NCBI GenBank assembly: GCA_046262935.1
Contig: JBHELT010000018.1
Span: 1-63,698 of the forward strand
DNA: 63,698 bases
Source: Actinomycetota bacterium
Lineage (GTDB): Bacteria; Actinomycetota; CADDZG01; JAHWKV01
Direction of reading: 5' to 3'
Shown: positions 1 to 7,498 of the stretch, piece after piece
How the letters are laid out: the number at the start of each line of letters is the position of its first letter
Position numbering within the stretch: the first letter of the stretch is position 1
Program-made: the position numbers and the translations under genes
The notes under the pieces: model-generated
The model's database searches: none
Told to the model about the DNA's origin: nothing
What the model saw: only the letters and a program-made list of their open reading frames with translations

Positions 1-99
1 GATTCGCCAATCGCCGAGTCTCATAGCTCGAAAATCGCCTGCTGATGCGGGTCTATTCAGCTACTGCTCGTCTACCGTTTGACACGAACCACAGTTGTT
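1..99 (+). mobile_element. Right end of a second IS110-family copy, truncated by the window edge
   Basis: 1-103 is identical to 2564-2666 (IS right end plus GTTATGC); the flanks diverge afterwards. Confidence 0.9.
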
Positions 100-103
100 A
101 TGC
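97..103 (-). repeat. attC R'' box (GCATAAC on minus), interrupted by IS110
   Basis: RYYYAAC-type box 8 nt after the stop of cassette gene 112..420; same junction as 2660-2666. Confidence 0.75.
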
Positions 104-111
104 GGCACATC

Positions 112-420
112 TCAGCTGAACCGTCTGAGGTACATCGAGGAAACCACTAGCGCGCCAACTAGCGGACCCACAAAAACGACAAGAGCCACCCATTCTTTAG
201 AGACAATCGACTTAGGAGCGAAGGCTAGGATCGCAGCGCTCACCACACACGCGATCAAGAGTGCCCAACCTGCAAACGCATTTACCGGAAACCAAATCTC
301 GCGACTGGAAAGTGTCTTTTGAGTGCGAAATCCATACCAGGAATTCGGTCCAATCCATCGGAGGATGAGTGGGATGCTTACCACCGCCAAGAGAGCGTCG
401 GCGAAATAAAGTTGGCTCAA
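112..420 (-). CDS. SdpI/YhfL-family membrane protein (cassette gene)
   Basis: PNSWYGFRT..TLSS..IW..VN.FAG motif, three TM segments, GAGGAGG RBS before TTG. Confidence 0.75.
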   Translation of the reverse strand: MSQLYFADALLAVVSIPLILRWIGPNSWYGFRTQKTLSSREIWFPVNAFAGWALLIACVVSAAILAFAPKSIVSKEWVALVVFVGPLVGALVVSSMYLRRFS

Positions 421-461
421 CCGAATCCTCCTCTTCTCTGAACCCCTTGATTCATTGGTCC

Positions 462-522
462 GTATAACGGCTTGGGCGGTGAGCCGCCGGCGAAGCCGGC
501 CGGTTCCACCGCCGTGTTAGAC
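462..522 (-). repeat. attC site (61 bp)
   Basis: Minus strand GTCTAAC...imperfect GC-rich palindrome...GTTATAC, directly after gene 541..873. Confidence 0.85.
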
Positions 523-540
523 AGCATTCGCTCAAAGCGA

Positions 541-873
541 CTACCTTCCGTTTGATAGCAGAGACCAGAATACTAGGCCGGTGGCATTCCATATGAACAC
601 GCATGAGCGGAATAACCAAAGGAACCTTCGCGATTCTTTGTCCTCCCGGATCCACGTTGGTGAGAAGAAGAGCCAAACAAAAAAGCACCTATTGAAGGCA
701 AACCAGCTCCGAAAAGCTGTCGCCTCACGAGGATGGAAGAACCATCCGCGTGGTCTCCCATCGCGCTCCCATTGCTCGCGGTGATCGCGATACTCCCGTC
801 GAAGCAATTGCTCGAACCCTACAAAGGCCCCAATGAATACGAGCATTAGCGCTAAGAAGATTAAGATGTCCAA
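541..873 (-). CDS. Hypothetical membrane protein (cassette gene)
   Basis: 110-aa ORF filling the space between two attC sites; hydrophobic N- and C-terminal segments. Confidence 0.65.
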   Translation of the reverse strand: MDILIFLALMLVFIGAFVGFEQLLRREYRDHREQWERDGRPRGWFFHPREATAFRSWFAFNRCFFVWLFFSPTWIREDKESRRFLWLFRSCVFIWNATGLVFWSLLSNGR

Positions 874-880
874 CCGGTCT

Positions 881-931
881 GTCTAACGGTTTGGCCGTTC
901 ACCCGCCGAAGGTCGGGTGCAACGGCGTGTT
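881..931 (-). repeat. attC site split by IS110 (remainder at 2663-2666)
   Basis: Joining 881-931 to ATGC (2663-2666) rebuilds GTCTAAC...palindrome...GTTATGC (55 bp). Confidence 0.85.
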
Positions 932-1020
932 GATACATATCTTCCTCTGATTCCACGACCTGTTGCCGTTCTCATGCGAGAACCGAGCCCAAGGTAGTGG
1001 ACGGCACGAGGAGGTGGGCA

Positions 1021-2337
1021 ATGGAGTTCATCGGTGGGCAGCAACAAGCAGAGTTCGTGGACAAGATTCGCGACGCCAACAGAGAGCGTCTTCTGGCAGC
1101 ACCCATTGATGTGGGTAAGCATAAGGCGGCAGCACTGGTTTGTGACTTCTTCGGCGAGATCGTGGCTCCGCCATTCGAGTTCGATCTGAACGAGAGAGGA
1201 TTCACACAACTTACGACCGTCCTTTGTCGAGCTGAAGCGCAGCGTGATGCGGCCTGGACGAGAGTCGGTCTCGAGCAAGCTGGCCATTATCACGACACGC
1301 TTCTCGTGCGGTTGCAAAACGAAGGACTCGACGTCGCACTACTCAACCCAGCCCAGGTGAAGGAGAACCGTTCCCAGAATCTGTTGCGATCGATCAAGAC
1401 CGATGCCCGCGATCTAGCAGCCATGGCAGAGCTCATCATCCGCGGCAAGGGTCGCACCGCCCCAGTTGAAGATGGTCCCATGGCACGGCAGGCTGTTTTG
1501 GTGGCGCATCGACGCCGCAAGGTCAGGGCTCGCTCCGCACTCAAGAACCAGATCCTTTCGACACTCGACCTGGTGTTCCCGGGGCTCGACGGCTGCTTCA
1601 CTGACATGCTCGATACCAAGCTCGGCAATCTGTTGATCTGTGAAGCAATAACTCCCGAGCGAGTGATGCGCCTTGGATCCAAAAGGCTTCGCACCTTCGC
1701 CGGTAATCGTGGGGTAATGGTGAAACAAGCCAAGGCGGATCAGATCGTAGAGGCCGCCCGGATTGCCTTCAAACTACCTGCTACCAGGGCAGATGCGCTG
1801 CTCGAGGTCATCTCAGCCGATGCGAAGCTGCTCGAAGCACTCGAGTCCACGATTGAAACTACTGAAGCCAACCTTGCCGAGGTGCTGCCGCGAACTGCGG
1901 CAGCAGTGCTCACCTCGATGCCGCACGTGAACGTCGTGCGCGCTTCCAATTACGGCGCGGCGGTCGGTGACCACAGTCGTTTCACAAGTGCCGCTCAGGT
2001 CTATCGGCTGAGTGGGCTGGTCCCGAAACTCTACGAGTCGGCTGGACGCAGAAGACCAGGCACCGCCATCAGTCGCGAAGGAAAGGTGGAACTCAGAGAG
2101 GCCATCTTGGATCTGGGTAGAGCCCTTCGGCTCGGGCACCCAGACTTCAAGGCATATGCCCTACAGCTAAAGGAACGCGGCAAGCACAACGGGGTGATCA
2201 TGTGCGCGCTCGGAAACCGAGCCAACCGGATCGCCTTCCGCATGATGTGCGATCAAACATCTTTCGACGGGGCACTATGGCCACGCGTAAGCGGACGGAT
2301 CCCTCATGGCCGACTCGCGTCGACCAGGCCGAAGTAA
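1021..2337 (+). CDS. IS110-family DEDD transposase / bridge recombinase
   Basis: IDVGKH, GLEQAGHY, IKTDARD (DEDD); C-terminal SGLVPKLYESAG and SREGKVELR; ATG 1021 follows GAGGAGG (track start 997). Confidence 0.93.
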   Translation: MEFIGGQQQAEFVDKIRDANRERLLAAPIDVGKHKAAALVCDFFGEIVAPPFEFDLNERGFTQLTTVLCRAEAQRDAAWTRVGLEQAGHYHDTLLVRLQNEGLDVALLNPAQVKENRSQNLLRSIKTDARDLAAMAELIIRGKGRTAPVEDGPMARQAVLVAHRRRKVRARSALKNQILSTLDLVFPGLDGCFTDMLDTKLGNLLICEAITPERVMRLGSKRLRTFAGNRGVMVKQAKADQIVEAARIAFKLPATRADALLEVISADAKLLEALESTIETTEANLAEVLPRTAAAVLTSMPHVNVVRASNYGAAVGDHSRFTSAAQVYRLSGLVPKLYESAGRRRPGTAISREGKVELREAILDLGRALRLGHPDFKAYALQLKERGKHNGVIMCALGNRANRIAFRMMCDQTSFDGALWPRVSGRIPHGRLASTRPK

Positions 2338-2401
2338 TCCGTCCGCAGACGACATGTTTTCATCATCAAACAGCAATGGCGAACGCGATAAAGATGTGGA
2401 C

Positions 2402-2550
2402 GGGGCCGGGACTAACGCCGACCGTGTTATGGGGCCTTCGGGACTCCGGGTATAACAGGGCGCCTCGGCCCCTTCCCACAAGGGAGCGCGAACGTAGTTG
2501 TCAGGACCACTGAAGTGCAGGTGAGTCCGTGTAGATCAACGAGCAGCCCC
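2402..2550 (+). ncRNA. Putative IS110 bridge RNA (target-binding and donor-binding loops); boundaries approximate
   Basis: Two stem/internal-loop/hairpin modules; loop strands match attC (CGTGTTAT, GTATAAC) and the IS circle junction (AGTTGT, ATCAAC); C(UUCG)G tetraloop. Confidence 0.7.
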
Positions 2551-2705
2551 GGGAACCCATCTGGATTCGCCAATCGCCGAGTCTCATAGCTCGAAAATCG
2601 CCTGCTGATGCGGGTCTATTCAGCTACTGCTCGTCTACCGTTTGACACGAACCACAGTTGTTATGCCGCTGTCAGGAAACGTATCAGTTCGACCAGTTTG
2701 GGAGG

Positions 2706-2891
2706 TTACTGACCTTCATTTTGCTGGCTGTTCTCAGACCTAAACTCCATAATCTCTTTTACCCACTCGAAGCACTCGTTGCAAATTCCCAAATCAACGT
2801 CGTTGGAGGGAACGACTATCGTGCCCACTTCATCTTGCCGCTTATTGCAAAAGAGGCATTTGACTGCTCGTGATTTTGGCTCGGTGACCAG
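2706..2891 (-). CDS. Stand-alone ClpX C4-type zinc-finger protein (cassette gene)
   Basis: CLFCNKRQDEV...GICNECFEWVKEI resembles ClpX ZBD; probable CTG start at 2891 after GAGGGGG (track start 2936). Confidence 0.6.
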   Translation of the reverse strand: MVTEPKSRAVKCLFCNKRQDEVGTIVVPSNDVDLGICNECFEWVKEIMEFRSENSQQNEGQ

Positions 2892-2905
2892 GGAATCCCC
2901 CTCGG

Positions 2906-3328
2906 TTACGCTGGGCGTGTGGCGATTGCGACACAATCAGCAACCGACCCACCGCTTGCGCGACAAATCCTGTAGGTGGTTAGGTTGATTACGGGAGCAT
3001 TATGCAGGCAGAGTCGCGGATCTTGGCATGCCTGGCCAAGAACGAAATCAACGCCTTGATTGGCAAGACCAACGCCCTGATCGGAAAGCCCAAGGGCGGA
3101 GTGTAATGGCTCGGTACCCTCCAATTGGTGATCTGTAGACTCAAGCGTCTGCGCCGTACCTGGGTCGATGCAGGCTAACGTGTCGAGCCCCGAAGGAGGC
3201 AACCGTATCGGGATAATACATGAAACGATATCGCCCGGGTCGGCGGACGCGCTGAACGGCAGTTGAATAACTGCTGCGACTGAAAATAGCAAAGCTAGCC
3301 ACAATGAACAATATCTTCTCATTCTCAA
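2906..3328 (-). CDS. Hypothetical secreted Cys-containing protein (cassette gene)
   Basis: Signal peptide ending ASA; six Cys in the mature part. Confidence 0.6.
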   Translation of the reverse strand: MRMRRYCSLWLALLFSVAAVIQLPFSASADPGDIVSCIIPIRLPPSGLDTLACIDPGTAQTLESTDHQLEGTEPLHSALGLSDQGVGLANQGVDFVLGQACQDPRLCLHNAPVINLTTYRICRASGGSVADCVAIATRPA

Positions 3329-3446
3329 ACTCCCAGCATGTCTGCGGGACCTTATCGGGCCATTATGTATTTGTCAAAACATAGTGTTCGATCGTCCTAC
3401 ATGGTCCTCGCAAAAAGGGTGTTCCATCAATCTTCGTTAGCTGTCG

Positions 3447-3507
3447 GTATAACGGATTGGCCGCTCAGCCGCCGCCGAAGGCGGTCGGTTGCCGCGGCGT
3501 GTTATGC
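3447..3507 (-). repeat. attC site (61 bp)
   Basis: Minus strand GCATAAC ACGCCGCGGCAACCGACCGCC TTC GGCGGCGGCTGAGCGGCCAATCC GTTATAC, with an unpaired A after CCG as in canonical attC. Confidence 0.88.
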
Positions 3508-3803
3508 AGTTGAGATTCCTTCTCGGCGGGTTCTCTAAGATTTCGGTTAGCACTTTGGGTGCCAAGTTGGCGCAGGCGATGGGAGTAGAAATACCCCGAG
3601 TAGAAGAGGAAGAGCGCCGGGGTGAAGAAAACTATCGGCTCGAGCTTGATATCCCAGAACGACATGACTTGCGCTGCGACTAAGAAGGTACCCCAGCCTG
3701 CAATGCCTAGCCACCAAAGTTTGACACTACGATTCCACTTCTTCGAGGTCATCGGACGACGAAACCCCATACGTTCGTCGAGGCGATTTAGTTTCTCAAG
3801 CAA
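3465..3803 (-). CDS. Hypothetical membrane protein (cassette gene), reads into its attC
   Basis: GGAGG RBS plus TTG; two TM segments. Confidence 0.6.
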   Translation of the reverse strand: MLEKLNRLDERMGFRRPMTSKKWNRSVKLWWLGIAGWGTFLVAAQVMSFWDIKLEPIVFFTPALFLFYSGYFYSHRLRQLGTQSANRNLREPAEKESQLHNTPRQPTAFGGG

Positions 3804-3820
3804 TCAGGTACCTCCCATCT

Positions 3821-3893
3821 GCATAACGGACTTGGCGCTCAGCCGCCACTTGGCGCGTAGCTCCAAGTGGTCGGTTGCCGCGCCGGGTTAAAC
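3821..3893 (-). repeat. attC site (73 bp)
   Basis: Minus strand GTTTAAC...CCACTTGG/CCAAGTGG hairpin...GTTATGC. Confidence 0.88.
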
Positions 3894-3944
3894 AGCAACA
3901 TTGCGCGCGACCTGCAAAGTCCAACCGTTTTCACGAATACCCAT
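3888..3944 (-). CDS. Putative 18-aa mini-ORF MGIRENGWTLQVARNVAV (small cassette)
   Basis: GAGGGG RBS, ATG 3944, TAA stop inside the R'' box GTTTAAC. Confidence 0.4.
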   Translation of the reverse strand: MGIRENGWTLQVARNVAV

Positions 3945-4044
3945 GGTCTGCGCCCCTCATCACGACTCGGCCCCAATTATCGCGGGCCTTAGCTTTGAAA
4001 CCATCGATCACACGACACGCGTGAATCCGCACGACGAAAGGTCT

Positions 4045-4097
4045 GTTTAACTCTTGTATGAACAGACCTGGTAAACCCGGTCCCCGGCGTGTTAAAC
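4045..4097 (-). repeat. Degenerate attC or attI-like site heading the array
   Basis: GTTTAAC ACGCCG...TTCATAC AAGA GTTAAAC; perfect outer boxes, weak internal symmetry. Confidence 0.55.
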
Positions 4098-4220
4098 GCA
4101 GGGCTTGGAGCGGGCGGGGTGATGGAAATGGCCCTTTGAACAGCGGGTTTGAGTCGGTCCATGGAGTGTCCCCCGTCGTTATGCCGCTATGCCGGTCGGT
4201 ATAAGCGCGTTTCAAACTCG

Positions 4221-4305
4221 TGTCCGAGCGGGGATTTGAACCCCGATGAACTTGCGTTCACTAGGCCCTCAACCTAGCGCGTCTACCTAGTTCCGCCACT
4301 CGGAC
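4221..4305 (-). tRNA. tRNA-Leu (anticodon GAG), CCA not encoded
   Basis: Acceptor GTCCGAG/CTCGGAC, anticodon arm CTAGG-TTGAGGG-CCTAG, long variable arm, TTCAAAT T-loop. Confidence 0.95.
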
Positions 4306-4338
4306 GATGGAACCGCACGATTATAGACGCCCTAGAAG

Positions 4339-5931
4339 CTACCGCCTCCATGCCCACAGGTTCCAAAACGGCCCATCGACAGTAGCGTTCGCCGTTGGCC
4401 CAACAACCCCATGATCGAAACCGATGAACCAATCGCTCTCGAACATCGGAAGCACAGGGATATAGGCGGCGATCGACTTGGCGACCGCCTTTACAGATCC
4501 TTCCGATGATGCTGCGGCATCCAATCGAGCATCGATGTCATCCGAAGCAAACCCGGTGAGGTCCATACCCTGCGGACTGATCCTGTCCGAACGAAACCAG
4601 TCACGAAGGTCAACTGATGGCGATCCGCGGTGCTCCCAAAGCGCCATGTCGAAGGCCGATTCCCTGCGCCAGCGAGAATACAGTTCTTGTGGAGCTACCT
4701 GGGCAAGATCGATCTCTAGCCCCGCATCTTCTAGTCCCTTCTGGATCGCTCGAACGACGGATCCGGCCACGCTGCTGTTGGTCGTCACCAGCAAGGGTGA
4801 CGTCGCAGCTTTCCGAACGAACTTCCCGCCGGCACCCTTAGTGAATCCTGCTTTCTTGAACGCATCGCCGGCAGCGGACACATCTTTGGTAAAGGACTTG
4901 AAGGAATCATCACGGATCTGCGGCGTCAACGAATCGAGTCCCCTGCCCTGTTCCCTGATCAGCGCGTCAACGATCCCCTGCCGGTCTATAGACCTTGAAA
5001 CTGCCTCTCGAAACGCTTGGCTGGAACCCGGTTCCCGCTTCATGTTGAAGGCTAGTTCCCACCACGACGAACCAGCAGCTCGATCGAATCTAACGCCCTT
5101 CATCCGCGCCAGGCGGTTCGACAGGTTGGGCTCAGTTCCGCTTACCATCACGGCAACCGTTCTATGCTGCAGTAGGAAGATGGCGGTATCGATGTTGTCC
5201 ACGAACTCGATGCGCACATCTTGAAACACTGGCGAGTGTTTCCACCATTTGGGATTTCTCACAAGGTCAACCTCTTTGCCTCTTATCCATTGCTTCACAA
5301 GATAAGGACCACCCGAAAACGTTGGCGGCGATCGCAGGGCACCCTCGATGTCTTGGCCCTCGAGTAGATGTTTTGGCAAGATGAAATCGCCGGAAGAGAA
5401 GAGATCCTCCCAGGCAGACGGCAGTCGCGAGAATTCGACCCTTACCGTGTGCGTTCCTACAGCGACTACGTTTTTAACCTCGGAATAAACGGCTGCATGC
5501 CCCAGCCGAGTCTTCCGCCCCTTGACGGTATTCCACGTGAAAACGATGTCTTCGGCGGTGATCGGCTTACCGTCCGACCATACGGCTTTGGCATCTAAAC
5601 GATAAGTGACACTTGGAGTCTTCCTTTTGTCTTGCGAAGGCCTTGGAACTTGCGCCAGACCGGCGACATAGCGGAGTTTGGGATCCACATCAAGTAGGGT
5701 GGGAAGCACCGGTCGCAAGATGTCAAGGGTTGCGTCTGAACGTCCATCGAACGAATACGGATCGAATGAAACTGGCTCTTGTGGATAAGCGATGGTTAGG
5801 CTTCCCGAGGCATCCGCAGGAGTTGCCCGAACTTGTCTTACTGCAGGCGTGCGCTTCCTCGCCAATGCGAAGGCAACACCACCTGCGATCAATAACAGAG
5901 CAAGAAGCCCTACCCCTACCTTACGTGTCAT
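4339..5931 (-). CDS. Peptide/nickel ABC substrate-binding protein (family 5)
   Basis: EPVSFDP, WSDGKPITAEDIVFTW, GGPY motifs; ATG 5931 likely (track 5991). Confidence 0.9.
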   Translation of the reverse strand: MTRKVGVGLLALLLIAGGVAFALARKRTPAVRQVRATPADASGSLTIAYPQEPVSFDPYSFDGRSDATLDILRPVLPTLLDVDPKLRYVAGLAQVPRPSQDKRKTPSVTYRLDAKAVWSDGKPITAEDIVFTWNTVKGRKTRLGHAAVYSEVKNVVAVGTHTVRVEFSRLPSAWEDLFSSGDFILPKHLLEGQDIEGALRSPPTFSGGPYLVKQWIRGKEVDLVRNPKWWKHSPVFQDVRIEFVDNIDTAIFLLQHRTVAVMVSGTEPNLSNRLARMKGVRFDRAAGSSWWELAFNMKREPGSSQAFREAVSRSIDRQGIVDALIREQGRGLDSLTPQIRDDSFKSFTKDVSAAGDAFKKAGFTKGAGGKFVRKAATSPLLVTTNSSVAGSVVRAIQKGLEDAGLEIDLAQVAPQELYSRWRRESAFDMALWEHRGSPSVDLRDWFRSDRISPQGMDLTGFASDDIDARLDAAASSEGSVKAVAKSIAAYIPVLPMFESDWFIGFDHGVVGPTANATVDGPFWNLWAWRR

Positions 5932-7498
5932 CTGCGGCGGGCTTGAACCTGGCGATCTCGAATGTTCCTTCGAGGTCAACGTAGAAACCATCGACTGCGC
6001 TGGATGCTACGAACCTGTTCCTGAAACTCCCGATGGGCACCACGACCGCATCCTTGGTGATCCTTGACTCCAGCGCTGCATAAACCTTCAAACTCGATCG
6101 AGATCTTGGTTGTGCCCGCGCCGCCGTTATCGCTTGGTCGACATCGGTTGCGCTATATCCGAAATGGTTGTCGGTGGATCCAGTCCTGAACAAACCGCTT
6201 ACGAACCAGTCTGCGAGCGGATACTCTGCAACCCATCCAACCCGATACATGTCTACCTCACCCTTCTGCAATGAGTCCAAGAAATCTGTCAGAGGCAGTG
6301 GGGCCAGTTGAACCGATATCCCAATCCCTTCGAGTTCGGCCTTGATCAGTTTCGCCATCGTCTCCTGGGGTTCTCCGCTTTGATATGCGAAACGGATCGA
6401 TGGCTGTACGCCTGATTCGGCTGCGGTTTGGGTCACCAAAGCTCTTGCCTCAGCTACCCGGTGTTCGCATAACTTCCCGCACGAACCCTCGGTCCTACCG
6501 GGCAACCCTTGAGGTATCAGCGACGTCGCAGGCCTCATCGCATCATCGAAAACGGAATGGGCGATCGCTTCGCGATCGATGGCCATGCTGACCGCCCGCC
6601 GCAGACGGATGTCGCGGACCCGTCGGATGTCGAAGCCAAGATACAGCTGGGCTGCCAGCGGCCCGAACCCTTCCGTCCCGTACCGCCGCGATGCGGCCTC
6701 CGCGCTCGACGAAGGCACTTCGCTCACATCAACCCGGTCGGCCTCGAAGTCCGAGTACGCCCCCGTCGTTTGTTCGTATATCAACAGCTTGACCGTCTGA
6801 TAGGCCGGGGCGGAGCCCCAGTACCGACGATTCCTCTCCAGGGTGATGTCGGCGCCTGGTTGCAATGACCCCTTCACCTGGTAGGGCCCGGTGCCAACGG
6901 GATGGTCCTTGAATGCGACAGGATCCAGTGTGACGGCAGCCTTGGGGACCGGCGCGGTTGCCGGATGCGTAAGAACGTAAGGGAACTCGAACCATGCCGA
7001 CGTCAACTTGATCTCAACGGTCGATGGATCGATTGCTCTCAATCCCTCAAGCTCCGTGGCGGTGGCCTTCACTCCAACGGCCGCGTACCCAACTATCGAT
7101 TCAAGCAGGAACCCAACCTCTGAACCCGTCTGTTTGCGCGCCAAACGATCGAGGGAGAACACGACGTCGTCTGCGGTGAGGGTGGTGCCATCGTTGAAAC
7201 GAACCTTGGGTCTCAAGTGGAACACGAAGCGCGTTCCGCCATCGAGCACTTCCCATCTGATAGCCAGTCGCGGCTTCAATGCGAGGGTCGTGGGATCCAC
7301 CGCCACCAAGGTATCGAACAATTGTTTGTCAACCAGCGTTCCGGCAGGATCCTTCACGAGTGGAGGGTCAAGGCTCGAGGGTCTTCGTATGGCAACACGC
7401 AATGTAGAGGCCTTGGCCACCGAACCCGACGGCGCGCATGCTGCGCTGGCCACGACGCACGCGAGCGCAAGGAATACCCAGAACCTGCGGTGCCTCAC
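5921..7498 (-). CDS. Peptide ABC substrate-binding lipoprotein (family 5)
   Basis: Lipobox AAAC; PSSLDP, FNDGTTLTADDVVFS, PVGTGPY. Confidence 0.92.
   Translation of the reverse strand: MRHRRFWVFLALACVVASAACAPSGSVAKASTLRVAIRRPSSLDPPLVKDPAGTLVDKQLFDTLVAVDPTTLALKPRLAIRWEVLDGGTRFVFHLRPKVRFNDGTTLTADDVVFSLDRLARKQTGSEVGFLLESIVGYAAVGVKATATELEGLRAIDPSTVEIKLTSAWFEFPYVLTHPATAPVPKAAVTLDPVAFKDHPVGTGPYQVKGSLQPGADITLERNRRYWGSAPAYQTVKLLIYEQTTGAYSDFEADRVDVSEVPSSSAEAASRRYGTEGFGPLAAQLYLGFDIRRVRDIRLRRAVSMAIDREAIAHSVFDDAMRPATSLIPQGLPGRTEGSCGKLCEHRVAEARALVTQTAAESGVQPSIRFAYQSGEPQETMAKLIKAELEGIGISVQLAPLPLTDFLDSLQKGEVDMYRVGWVAEYPLADWFVSGLFRTGSTDNHFGYSATDVDQAITAARAQPRSRSSLKVYAALESRITKDAVVVPIGSFRNRFVASSAVDGFYVDLEGTFEIARFKPAADDT

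Larger units (their letters stand above)
932..2662 (+). mobile_element. IS110-family insertion sequence (~1.73 kb) inserted in attC
   Basis: Transposase ORF; TGTT shared at both junctions (928-931, 2659-2662); no obvious terminal IRs; right end duplicated at 1-99. Confidence 0.9.

Noticed and set aside
932-960. IS1111-type subterminal inverted repeats
   Set aside because: No convincing complementarity to the right end by eye
2642-2662. IS circle-junction promoter
   Set aside because: TTGACA is perfect, but the junction gives only TACATA at 17 bp, a poor -10; left unclaimed
462-4097. Recurrent palindromes as a CRISPR array
   Set aside because: Repeats are divergent, 53-73 bp and separated by gene-sized intervals; no cas genes; they fit attC
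3931-4215. 94-aa minus-strand ORF
   Set aside because: Crosses the att-like site, starts at the tRNA edge, no recognisable motif
4098-4220. Integron integrase gene or remnant
   Set aside because: Too short, and no tyrosine recombinase motifs seen anywhere in the window
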